DNA of 64,000 nt, taken from Candidatus Latescibacterota bacterium (GTDB taxonomy: Bacteria > Latescibacterota > UBA2968). Below are positions 49,692 through 58,879 of the stretch, in pieces. The notes below the pieces were generated by a model that was not told the DNA's origin, did no database searches, and saw nothing but the letters and a program-made list of their open reading frames with translations. The stretch's first letter is position 1; each line of letters starts with the position of its first letter. Location of the stretch: assembly GCA_965207885.1 (NCBI GenBank), contig OZ242311.1, positions 896,001-960,000 on the forward strand, given 5' to 3'. A program made the translations under genes and the position numbers.

Positions 49692-50516
49692 CTACTCAAA
49701 TCTTCTTTCGGTTTCTGTCTTTTCCCAGGTACGCACCATGCGAACGAGCTTTGTGCCGAGAAGCTTATCGTGAAGTGCTCGGCTATCGGGATCCCACAGC
49801 ATCCAAAATCCACTAAATCCCAATGTTGCGATAAAAAGCAGAGGCTGTAGAACAAATCTGCCTACAGCCTGCGACCAGGTTGGAATCCCTCCCCCAACGC
49901 GCTCGACTCGAATGCCCAATTCGCGCATTCCCGGGGTAAATCCAGAACGCGCCCATCCCGATAAGGTCAGGAAGACTCGAAAAACGAGCAGAATGACCAG
50001 AATGATTCCAAAATCATTCCAGATAATCATCGCTCTGCTCTGCTCTGCGGGGTCTCCCTCGATCAATCCAACGGCGATATCCTTCGCACTTCCTACGAAA
50101 CCCGTGATGTCTGACCAGAGATCATCGGATTGATTGCCACCACCGCCTCCGCCACCTCGCCCGCGTCCTCCGCCACCTCGTCCTCCGCCTCGTCCTCCGC
50201 CGGCAGTTGCGGTTGGGGCGGTTGGAAAAAGAACGCTTTTGAGAAGAAAAAAAATTAAAAAAGGAACGAGTACTTGCATGGAGAAATCAATCGCGCTCGA
50301 CGCGAGACGTCTCAAGATCCCAGGGGGATCCGTCAGCGTACTTGCGTCCATAGATTTTGGATCAAAGTCTTTTAAGCGCGCTTCGATTTCTGCCCTGACT
50401 TGATCGAATCGCTCTGGAAATAGGTCGCGATCCAGATGTGCATAAATATCTTCGAGTTCTGAAAGCGAATAGTTCTGAAGCGATTCGACAAATGCTTCAT
50501 TACGGCTCTGCTCCAT
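49692..50516 (-). CDS. RDD family membrane protein with Gly/Arg-rich loop
   Basis: RRLASSAID, TPGMRELGIRV, RALHDKLLGT; GGGRGGGRGGGGRGRGGGGGGG insert. Confidence 0.85.
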   Translation of the reverse strand: MEQSRNEAFVESLQNYSLSELEDIYAHLDRDLFPERFDQVRAEIEARLKDFDPKSMDASTLTDPPGILRRLASSAIDFSMQVLVPFLIFFLLKSVLFPTAPTATAGGGRGGGRGGGGRGRGGGGGGGNQSDDLWSDITGFVGSAKDIAVGLIEGDPAEQSRAMIIWNDFGIILVILLVFRVFLTLSGWARSGFTPGMRELGIRVERVGGGIPTWSQAVGRFVLQPLLFIATLGFSGFWMLWDPDSRALHDKLLGTKLVRMVRTWEKTETERRFE

Positions 50517-50517
50517 G

Positions 50518-53500
50518 CTACTCCTTGCGGTCGGTTAGCGAATACAGCGTTGGGATCAGTACCAGGGTTACCAGTGTTGATACGACCAGACCGCCAATAA
50601 CGGTAATGGCCATAGGCGCGCGTATCTCTGCACCCTGCCCCACCGGGAAAAGCATACCCACCACAGCCATGACCGTGGTGAATACCTGCCCGGATAACAC
50701 GCCATCCAACGCGCCTTCGATGCTTTTGACAAGGGGCTGAAAATTGAAAATGCCCAGTGCCATGGGCAACAAACCGAGCACAGTCGTCGAGGTGGTCATC
50801 AAAATGGGACGCAGGCGCACTCTGCCCCCTTGTGCAATCGCTTCCATTTTGGGCATGCCCTCATCTCTTCGGAGCGTGTTGATATAATCGATGAGCACGA
50901 TGGCATTGTTGACGACAATGCCAGCCAACATAATCAAACCAATGAGCACGACCACACTGATGGTCTGCCCGGTTATGAGGAGCAGAGCAAAAACGCCTAC
51001 CAGCGCAAAAGGTATGGCAAACATGATTACAAAAGGATGAACGAGCGATTCAAACTGCGATGCCATCACCAGATAAACGAGAAAAATCGCCAACCCAATC
51101 GCCAATTGCATACTTTCAAATGACCGCTGTTGCTCTTCATTTTGCCCACCCACTTTAATCGAAAAATCGGCGGGCAACTCCATCTGATCAATTTCGCGTT
51201 CGAGGTCTGCGACGACAGCACTCAGACTTCGACCCACCAGGTTGGCCGAGATCAATGCCACGCGCTCCTGATCAATTCTGCGAATTTCAGCAGGTCCCAT
51301 TTCCACCTGTAAATCGGCGACTACACTCAAAGGCACTGGCGATGGGGCATTGTTGGGGCTGATGATCAATCTCCTCAGATCATCTACTGTGCTTCGATGT
51401 TCCTCTTCGGCGCGGACGCGAATATCGACTCTCCGATCTCCTCGGGTAAATTGTGTGGCAACCTCTCCTTGAACCTGATTGCGGATAATCTCGCCAATGG
51501 CGTTAATCGTCGTGCCCATTTGCGCCACGCGCTTGCGGTCAAACCGAATTTGCACTTCGGGTGTGCCGCCTTCGCTTGTTGTTTTAATATCTGTCAGTCC
51601 CGGAATGGTTTGCATGCGCGCTATCATTTCTCCGGCGATCATCTGTAGCGACAGCAAATTATAACCGGCGACTTCCACTTCGATTGGCGTGCGAGACGAG
51701 AATAGCGATGGGCGGGCAAATTTTGTATCCACGGCGGGAATTTCTACAATCATCTGGCGCAAGCGATCCATTACGGCAATTTCGCGATCTCGAATAATGC
51801 CCTCGTGGAGTACGACATTGACCTCACCCACATTTTCCCTTTCTTCTCCGCCGCTACCCCCAGATGCCGATTGTGTACCGACAATGCTGTAAACCAGGCG
51901 CACTTCGGGTTGACTGCGAACAAGTCTCTCAATAGCTTGAATGGTTTGTGTGGTAGCGGCAAGGGGTGTGCCCAGCGGCATTTCGACCGCAATTGAGAAT
52001 GCTCCCTGGCTCATTTCGGGGATCAGTTCACTGCCCAATCTCGAGCCAAGTGTCCAGGTGCCACCCAAAAGGGCAATTGCCAACCCAATCACATACAGGC
52101 GATGCCTGAGCGCCCATCTGATAATGTGCGGATAGACGAGATAAGCGCGCCCAATCACTCTGTCGAAAAGCCAGAATAAGGGTGCAAGACAGGTCAGAAT
52201 ACCGCGTCCGATCCATCCTATAACTGTGCCCAGCAACCCCGCAATACGAGCCGGAGCTTCGACACCGCCTTTGTGGCCGCTTTCCTTTTTGCGTTTTTCT
52301 ACGGCGGCAAATTCACCGATCCATGAAAATTCCAACGAAGCCAGCATGGGAATGACCGTGAGGGCAACGAGGAGGGAGGCGACGAGCGAATAGGTCACGG
52401 TAAGTGCCTGATCTCGGAAGAGCTGTCCGGCAATGCCTTCTACAAAAACAATGGGGACAAAGACGCATATTGTCGTCATTGTAGAAGCCACCACGGCTTG
52501 CCCCACTTCAGACCCCCCTTTATTGGTCGCTTCACGCGGACTCATGCCGCTTTCCTGGTAACGCTGTACACTTTCGAGTACGACAATTGAGTTGTCAACC
52601 AGCATGCCTATTCCCAGGGCGAGTCCACCCAATGACATGATGTTGAGACTCACATCCGATGCGTACATGAGGAAAAATGTCGCAACAACCGAAATGGGAA
52701 TAGATACGCTGATGATGCCCGTGCTTTTGGGGCTTTGCAAAAACAGATAGAGAACGATAATGGCCAAAAAGCCGCCCAAAATAGCGGTGTTGAGGACCTC
52801 GGAGACCGAGTCTCGAATGAATGTCGATTGATCCGAGACGACCTCCATGCGCGAATTACCGAGCAAATCGCCGGATGTGCGGCGGAATTGCGCGATGGCT
52901 TCTTTAACGGCTTGTGCAACTGTTACAGTATTGGCATCACCCTCTTTGTATATGGCCAGTTCGACACTTTCTTGCTGATCAATGCGCGTAATTACCGTGC
53001 GTTCGCGGTGCCCTCGGGTCACCAGCCCCACATCGGCTAATGTGATAATGGTGCCCTGCCGCTGGCCCACCACAATATCCTGAATTTCTTCTATTGTTTT
53101 AAATTCGTTGAATGTGCGAACCAGGTATTCTGCTTCGCCATCTTTGAGTTCTCCGCCCGTCAGGTTCACATTTTCCTGGGCTAAGCGATTGACGACCTGA
53201 GATAGGGGAATGCGCAATGCAGCCAGTTTGGGCTGGTCAATCTCAACTTGAATTTCTTCTTCCAGGCCGCCATTGACGCGCACAGATGCGACCCCTTCGA
53301 GGCTTTCCAACTCGGGCTTAATTTCTTCTTCGGCCAGGAGGCGTAGCGAAATCAAACTTTCTTCGCCGTAGAGTCCGATACGCATGATCGGGTCCAGCGA
53401 AGGGTCAAATCTCAGCAGTACGGGTTTTCTCACGTCCTGTGGCAGGCGCACCTGATCGAGCTTTTCCCGAACATCGAGAGAAGCAAAATCCATGTCCGTA

Positions 53501-53793
53501 CCCCAGGCAAATTCCACAACCACATCCGATATGCCGGGGCGCGAGGCCGATGTTACCCGGATAACTCCGTTTACCACACCTACAGATCCCTCAATCGGCT
53601 CGGTGATTAAACGTTCCATCTCCGAGGGTGCTGTGCCTTCGTATTCTGTGCGCACCGTCAGGGTGGGATAGGTGATATCGGGCAGCAGGTTGATCGATAG
53701 GCGCTGAAAAGCGACCATGCCAAATAGCACTGCCGCCGCCACAAACATCGTTACTGTTACCCGTCGCCGGGTCGAAAATTCAATGAGTTTCAT
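50518..53793 (-). CDS. RND efflux transporter permease (AcrB/HAE-like)
   Basis: LLPDITYP, GMLVDNSIVVLE, MASQFES, GIVVNNAIV, RLRPILMT. Confidence 0.95.
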   Translation of the reverse strand: MKLIEFSTRRRVTVTMFVAAAVLFGMVAFQRLSINLLPDITYPTLTVRTEYEGTAPSEMERLITEPIEGSVGVVNGVIRVTSASRPGISDVVVEFAWGTDMDFASLDVREKLDQVRLPQDVRKPVLLRFDPSLDPIMRIGLYGEESLISLRLLAEEEIKPELESLEGVASVRVNGGLEEEIQVEIDQPKLAALRIPLSQVVNRLAQENVNLTGGELKDGEAEYLVRTFNEFKTIEEIQDIVVGQRQGTIITLADVGLVTRGHRERTVITRIDQQESVELAIYKEGDANTVTVAQAVKEAIAQFRRTSGDLLGNSRMEVVSDQSTFIRDSVSEVLNTAILGGFLAIIVLYLFLQSPKSTGIISVSIPISVVATFFLMYASDVSLNIMSLGGLALGIGMLVDNSIVVLESVQRYQESGMSPREATNKGGSEVGQAVVASTMTTICVFVPIVFVEGIAGQLFRDQALTVTYSLVASLLVALTVIPMLASLEFSWIGEFAAVEKRKKESGHKGGVEAPARIAGLLGTVIGWIGRGILTCLAPLFWLFDRVIGRAYLVYPHIIRWALRHRLYVIGLAIALLGGTWTLGSRLGSELIPEMSQGAFSIAVEMPLGTPLAATTQTIQAIERLVRSQPEVRLVYSIVGTQSASGGSGGEERENVGEVNVVLHEGIIRDREIAVMDRLRQMIVEIPAVDTKFARPSLFSSRTPIEVEVAGYNLLSLQMIAGEMIARMQTIPGLTDIKTTSEGGTPEVQIRFDRKRVAQMGTTINAIGEIIRNQVQGEVATQFTRGDRRVDIRVRAEEEHRSTVDDLRRLIISPNNAPSPVPLSVVADLQVEMGPAEIRRIDQERVALISANLVGRSLSAVVADLEREIDQMELPADFSIKVGGQNEEQQRSFESMQLAIGLAIFLVYLVMASQFESLVHPFVIMFAIPFALVGVFALLLITGQTISVVVLIGLIMLAGIVVNNAIVLIDYINTLRRDEGMPKMEAIAQGGRVRLRPILMTTSTTVLGLLPMALGIFNFQPLVKSIEGALDGVLSGQVFTTVMAVVGMLFPVGQGAEIRAPMAITVIGGLVVSTLVTLVLIPTLYSLTDRKE

Positions 53794-53798
53794 GAGTT

Positions 53799-55385
53799 TT
53801 AATTACCTCGTCCGCCTCGTGATGGTATCAATCCTTTTTCTCGCATCTCAGTCACAAAAGCGCGGAGTTTTTCCATATTTGTTGCGAGTTCGGGATCGTC
53901 TTTCACGCGCTTTTCGTATTCGGCTTTGACTTCGGGGAAGCGCTCAATTATGCGTTTTATGCGGTCTGTGGGATCACCTCCGCCTTGCCCGCCTGCAAAA
54001 CCTCTGCCCTGTCCGCCTTGTCCACCTTGTCCCATCTGTCCACGTCCCTGTCTGCCTTGTCCATCACCACCTCGTTGTCCTCCCTGACCCATCTGACCGC
54101 GCCCACGTCCTTGTCCCTCGCCGCCCGCAAAGCCCCTGCCCTGTCCACCTTCACCCATTTGCCCACGTCCAGCGCGTCCCTGCCCACCTTCACCCATTTG
54201 TCCGCGACCCTGTCTGCCCTGTCCCCCCTGACCCATTTGTCCGCGTCCTTGCCTGCCCTGTCCACCGCGTCCGGCAAATGCGGGAGGTGTGGCTTCTCCT
54301 ACGAGGCGCACGGGTGAACCTGGTCTCAAACCTTCCTGTCCCACAGTAATGACCTGCTCTCCCTGGGAAAGGCCATTGAGAATTTCTAAGCGATCGCTAT
54401 CTGTAAACCCGATTTCGATGCGTTTGCGTTGCGCCTGCCCGCGCCCGGTTTCGGGATCGGTTTCAAAGGTGAATACCTGGTTGCCCTCTCCTTCGAGTAC
54501 GAGGGCTTTTTTGGGAATGACCAGGGTGTTTCTTCGCGTTTCCGTGATAATATAGACCGAGGCAAACATCCCGGGACGCAATAGACTTGCATCTGTCCGA
54601 GGGACCTCGACGGTTACTTTGACCGTGCCGCTTTCGGGATCTACCACGGGACTGATCATTTTCACTGTGCCCGTAAATTCTCTTTCAGGCGCGGCTTCAA
54701 CCGTAATGCGCGCAGTCTGTCCTACGGTGATTTTACCAAAGTCCTTTTCCGTTACCTGGATGCGCGCAAGCAGGGGATCAAATTTGGCTACAGAGGCCAC
54801 CACTTGATTGTTGGTGACCATGTTGCCCACTTCGATATTTCTCAGCGTCATGATGCCTTCAATGGGCGATCTAATCGCCGTGTAGCTCAAATCGAGTTTG
54901 GCCTGTTCGAGTTGTGCTTTGGCCGATTCGAATTGGGTCTTGGCATTTTCATAAGACTGTTTGCTACCCAGATTGCGTTGAAATAGGGCATCTTCGCGTT
55001 CATACCGCTGTTTGGCTTCAAGATAGGCAACTTCTCGCTGCGCGACGCTGATCTGGGCAGCGTCGGCGTCGAGCCGCGCCATTACGGTGCCCTCGCGTAC
55101 GGGGTCGCCTTCTTCTTTTAGTAGCGAGATGACCTGCCCGGCTCTGCGCGCTCGAACGTCAACCCATCTTTCGGCTTCGAGTGTTGTGTTTTTGAGGATA
55201 TATGCAGAAATATCCCCTTGTTTTACAGTCTCGACCTTGACGGGCGCAGCAGCGCCGCCACCGCGTCCACCGCGTCCACCGCGTCCAGCACGTCCGCCCT
55301 GTGTCTGTTGTGCTTCTTCACCGCAGGCAAAGAGCGCGAGAAAAAGCAGCACGAACCATCGGTGTTTGGCTATTTTTTGCATCAT
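53799..55385 (-). CDS. RND periplasmic adaptor (MFP) lipoprotein with GRGG linker and long G/Q/R repeat tail
   Basis: Lipobox LFAC; IRSPIEG, ISPVVDPESGT, LRPGMF, IPKKAL. Confidence 0.92.
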   Translation of the reverse strand: MMQKIAKHRWFVLLFLALFACGEEAQQTQGGRAGRGGRGGRGGGAAAPVKVETVKQGDISAYILKNTTLEAERWVDVRARRAGQVISLLKEEGDPVREGTVMARLDADAAQISVAQREVAYLEAKQRYEREDALFQRNLGSKQSYENAKTQFESAKAQLEQAKLDLSYTAIRSPIEGIMTLRNIEVGNMVTNNQVVASVAKFDPLLARIQVTEKDFGKITVGQTARITVEAAPEREFTGTVKMISPVVDPESGTVKVTVEVPRTDASLLRPGMFASVYIITETRRNTLVIPKKALVLEGEGNQVFTFETDPETGRGQAQRKRIEIGFTDSDRLEILNGLSQGEQVITVGQEGLRPGSPVRLVGEATPPAFAGRGGQGRQGRGQMGQGGQGRQGRGQMGEGGQGRAGRGQMGEGGQGRGFAGGEGQGRGRGQMGQGGQRGGDGQGRQGRGQMGQGGQGGQGRGFAGGQGGGDPTDRIKRIIERFPEVKAEYEKRVKDDPELATNMEKLRAFVTEMREKGLIPSRGGRGN

Positions 55386-55462
55386 CCCTCCGTCTTCTCA
55401 AAACTTATAAAAATTAAAAGAAAGTAAACAATTACTCACTTATTTTTGCACAAAATTCTTTA

Positions 55463-55849
55463 TCACTCGGCTTTATTGCTGTGAATCCTGTTTCTGTGCT
55501 GGGCACGCCGTCGAGCCTCTTGTTCGACCATCATCTCATCAAATTCTTTTCGCTGATCAGGTGTCAAAATTTTCCGAATTTGAGCGCGAGTTGTATTTCT
55601 CACTTTTCCAAACTCAGAGCGGTAGGTCGTGTTGATATCGACCATGCATTTGCGCCCTTCCTCGAGGATTGTGTCCAGTTGCGCTTTCTGTTTATCTGAC
55701 AGGTCGAGCTTTGCCACCATTTCAGACATGCGCACTCGCCTTTTTCCAGAATTACCAGACGCAAGACTTTCGTAAACAGTCCCTATCACCGCGCCGAGTA
55801 ATAAACACAAGACGATCAGGCATGTAAAGCGGAAACGCGAAATAAACAT
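55463..55849 (-). CDS. Periplasmic Spy/CpxP/CnrX-like helical protein
   Basis: N-term TM; LDLSDKQ and ILTPDQ (LTxxQ-like) motifs. Confidence 0.75.
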   Translation of the reverse strand: MFISRFRFTCLIVLCLLLGAVIGTVYESLASGNSGKRRVRMSEMVAKLDLSDKQKAQLDTILEEGRKCMVDINTTYRSEFGKVRNTTRAQIRKILTPDQRKEFDEMMVEQEARRRAQHRNRIHSNKAE

Positions 55850-55861
55850 AATAAAAACCTT

Positions 55862-56335
55862 CTAACGCGTGTTGTCGGATAAGACGAGGTCGAGTACGCG
55901 GTCTTTGGAAAAATCATCTTCGGTCAAACTCACAACTTCTCGAACCTCGCGGTCGAGCGAACCCTGTAAAAAAGCATCCAGCGTGACAGGTTCAACATTT
56001 CTGTCCAGGCGCTGGGTCAAAAATGCCAGCGAGCCAATAGAGATCAGCAACATTGCGGCAGTGGCGAATTTTTGAAATCCCCATCGGTTCTTCATTCGCG
56101 CCACTTCTTCCTGGACTTTTATATCTACACGCCGCACAAAAAAACGGTCGGGTGCAGGTGGAGACCAGGCGGCAAATAGTTGACGCACGCGCACCATCTC
56201 GGCCAGTTCACGCCTGAGACTGTCAGATGTGCGCAACAGTATCTCAACTCTGGCTCGATCTGCTTCTGTCAATGCATCGTCGAGATAAGCCGACAACAAT
56301 TCGCGGTTGATGTCAATGGTGTTGTCTGCGTCCAT
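55862..56335 (-). CDS. Transmembrane anti-sigma factor
   Basis: ELLSAYLDDAL N-term domain lacking HxxxCxxC; single TM; directly follows the sigma gene. Confidence 0.8.
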   Translation of the reverse strand: MDADNTIDINRELLSAYLDDALTEADRARVEILLRTSDSLRRELAEMVRVRQLFAAWSPPAPDRFFVRRVDIKVQEEVARMKNRWGFQKFATAAMLLISIGSLAFLTQRLDRNVEPVTLDAFLQGSLDREVREVVSLTEDDFSKDRVLDLVLSDNTR

Positions 56336-56337
56336 AT

Positions 56338-56946
56338 TTACGCCTCAATCCAGTTGTCGTATTGCACCTGCAAAATTTCGCGGAGTTTTGTTCGCCCTCG
56401 AAACAGGCGAGACTTAACGGTTCCTATTGAGCATTTGAGCAATTCGGCAATTTCTTCATAGGTCAGACCTTCAATTTCTCTCAAAACAAAGGTCACGCGG
56501 TATTCTTCCGATAGATCGTCCAGGGCGCGTTCGAGGATTTCTTGAAGTTCCCGCCGTTCAACGCGCATATCTGCATTTTGGGGCTGACCCGCCCAGATGC
56601 GCGGCGCGTCCCAAGTTTCTCGATGTTCATCTAGAGAAACAAAGCTGCGCCGATGTCTGGATTTGAGGTGATCTAAGCAGCAATTGACAGCGATGCGATG
56701 CAACCATGTTGAAAATAGCGATTGTCCCCGAAATCGATTCAGGGCGCGAAATGCCTTGAGAAATGCTTCTTGCGCCAAATCGTCGGCTTCGTCGAGATCG
56801 CCAATAAGGCTGTAAACCGCATTGTACACGCGTTCATGGTGTCGCTGTACCAGCAAAGAGAAAGCCTCTGTGTTGCCTTCTAAGACCCGGGCGACGATTT
56901 GGATATCTTCAATATGTGAAAAATTGGACGATTTGGAATCGCGCAT
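56338..56946 (-). CDS. ECF RNA polymerase sigma factor (RpoE/SigW-like)
   Basis: DDLAQEAF, FSTWLHRIAVN, GLTYEEIA, GTVKSRLFRGR. Confidence 0.95.
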   Translation of the reverse strand: MRDSKSSNFSHIEDIQIVARVLEGNTEAFSLLVQRHHERVYNAVYSLIGDLDEADDLAQEAFLKAFRALNRFRGQSLFSTWLHRIAVNCCLDHLKSRHRRSFVSLDEHRETWDAPRIWAGQPQNADMRVERRELQEILERALDDLSEEYRVTFVLREIEGLTYEEIAELLKCSIGTVKSRLFRGRTKLREILQVQYDNWIEA

Positions 56947-56958
56947 TGTTCCGACCCC

Positions 56959-56988
56959 TTAGACCGAAACCGCTATTTATCGGGTTCC
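56959..56988 (-). promoter_or_regulatory. Putative ECF autoregulatory promoter
   Basis: Minus strand GGAACC-N18-GTCTAA; same -10 hexamer as 49647, spacing 1 nt longer. Confidence 0.4.
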
Positions 56989-57383
56989 GCTGTGGCATTG
57001 GTAATCCGTCTGATTCCCACACTTCTGACGAGGTCCAGAATCGACATCACATCGCCATAAGGCAATTGGCGGTCTGCTCGCAAAATCAGGCCCCCACTTT
57101 CATCGATCTCCGCCACGTGTTGTTTTAATAATTCCCGCAATGCCGGTTGATCGATGATCTGACCATCCAATGCCATTTGACCATCTGCCGATACATTGAG
57201 AATATAACGCCTCGCGTGTTGTGTTTTTTCCGCGTGTTCCATGGCGGGTAGTTCGACTTTGAGCGCGGATTGATCGATAAATTGCGTGGTTACAAGAAAA
57301 AATGTAAGCAATAAAAACAGGACGTCGATCAAAGAGGTCACGTTGATTGCAGGGCGGCGCTTGAGGGGCATTTGCATTCGCAT
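56973..57383 (-). CDS. exbD: ExbD/TolR family protein
   Basis: INVTSLIDVLFLLLTFF, VELP, LRAD. Confidence 0.9.
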   Translation of the reverse strand: MRMQMPLKRRPAINVTSLIDVLFLLLTFFLVTTQFIDQSALKVELPAMEHAEKTQHARRYILNVSADGQMALDGQIIDQPALRELLKQHVAEIDESGGLILRADRQLPYGDVMSILDLVRSVGIRRITNATAEPDK

Positions 57384-57385
57384 CA

Positions 57386-58009
57386 CTATCTACCTTCGGA
57401 GCTCTGAAACCCCCGGAGCTTTTTCAGAAGGGTATTGGCGTATTTCTCAATTTCCAAAATCAAGCTTTCTGCGCGACTGCTGTACAAATTGTAAAATACG
57501 AGTGATGGAATTGCAATAAAAAGTCCGGCGGCAGTCGTTAGAATTGCTTCGGAAATGCCTCCTGCCAGGAGATTGGCTTGTCCTACGCCCACTTCTGAAA
57601 CCTGTTGAAAAACTTTGATCATGCCCAGAACAGTGCCCAGAAGTCCCAAAAGCGGCGAAACTCCCGCTACGGTCTCCAGTACCACCAGTCCCTTTTGCAA
57701 TACGCCCATTTCCTGACGGCCCTGATCCAGAATACTTTCCCGGACCTCTTCTAAGGACAAATGGCGATTGTCTAACCCTGCGCGCATTACCGCGGAGAAA
57801 GGCCCTTTGTGCTGCCGACAGACGTTTAAAGCCAATCCAATGTCATCCGGTCCTTGAATATTGTCGATTACACTGACAATTTCGGGCCGGATGACGGTGC
57901 GACGGCGCAGTGCAAACCCACGCTCAATTGCAATGCCCAAAGCCAGTACTGAGCACAAGGTCAGAGGATACATCATGAGACCACCCTGTTCAAATAGTGC
58001 CCAGCCCAT
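57386..58009 (-). CDS. exbB: MotA/TolQ/ExbB proton channel protein
   Basis: GGLMMYPL, PLLGLLGTVLGMI, GISEAILTTAAGL. Confidence 0.92.
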   Translation of the reverse strand: MGWALFEQGGLMMYPLTLCSVLALGIAIERGFALRRRTVIRPEIVSVIDNIQGPDDIGLALNVCRQHKGPFSAVMRAGLDNRHLSLEEVRESILDQGRQEMGVLQKGLVVLETVAGVSPLLGLLGTVLGMIKVFQQVSEVGVGQANLLAGGISEAILTTAAGLFIAIPSLVFYNLYSSRAESLILEIEKYANTLLKKLRGFQSSEGR

Positions 58010-58010
58010 A

Positions 58011-58859
58011 TTATTGTCGCCTTTGACCTTTTCCAAAAATTAAATATTCAAAAGTACCAGTAATGTCGAGGTACTCATCCGGGAAATCTGGTGGCAATGC
58101 CCTGAATGGTGCCGAGAGTTCAACAGCCTTCAGGCTCGTATCGCGCAACAGTTCATGGCCCTTATAGTCGATCAATTCGGGGCCTTCGAGCCGACCATTG
58201 CGCCAGATTCTGAATTTCACCCTGGTCATGCCATCGATCATACCCAACTCGAATGCGCGGGGCGGATATATATGACGGTCAATATGTCGCTTGAGATATT
58301 TCATATAGGGCGCGAAATTCCAGGCATACGTGCTCAGTTGCAATCCCCCGCGTTCGAGTGCGCGGGTTTTGCTATTGTCCATATCTATGCGCGATTGGGG
58401 TAATTCCCCGCCCAGCACCGCGCGTTCTCGCTCTTTTCGCGCTTCTTCGGGGTTTTTCTGCAACACATCCACAAAGCTAAAGGGGCTGTCGGTGGTTTCC
58501 TGTGTACGGTCTGTGCTTTGTGTCTCACTGCGCGGCCTGCCCGGTGCTGACGCCTCTATATTTTTTGCCCGCGATATGCCATCGGAAAATGGCAAGTGGC
58601 TTTCGGGCAAGGGGGCCGTTTGTTGATCGCGAGAGATATTATCGCGCTCTGCGAGCAATGAAGTTTCTTCGGGCGGAGCATCGTCTCGATTTTGAGGTAC
58701 ATCGACAAATTCAAATGTTAGAGGCGGTGATGCGGGTATTTTTTTTGCTGGCGGTACAATGATCGCAGACAGCGGGTTCTCCAGGAGCAGGAACAGGATG
58801 TGCAGCAGAATGGCTGCGGTATAAGCCCAGAGGTATGGATTGTTGAGTCTCATTGCCAT
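58011..58859 (-). CDS. TonB/TolA-like energy transducer
   Basis: N-term TM with LH, Pro-rich linker, C-terminal TonB_C-like domain (APFRALPPDF). Confidence 0.75.
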   Translation of the reverse strand: MAMRLNNPYLWAYTAAILLHILFLLLENPLSAIIVPPAKKIPASPPLTFEFVDVPQNRDDAPPEETSLLAERDNISRDQQTAPLPESHLPFSDGISRAKNIEASAPGRPRSETQSTDRTQETTDSPFSFVDVLQKNPEEARKERERAVLGGELPQSRIDMDNSKTRALERGGLQLSTYAWNFAPYMKYLKRHIDRHIYPPRAFELGMIDGMTRVKFRIWRNGRLEGPELIDYKGHELLRDTSLKAVELSAPFRALPPDFPDEYLDITGTFEYLIFGKGQRRQ

Positions 58860-58879
58860 ATACCCATTCCGCCTTTGTT

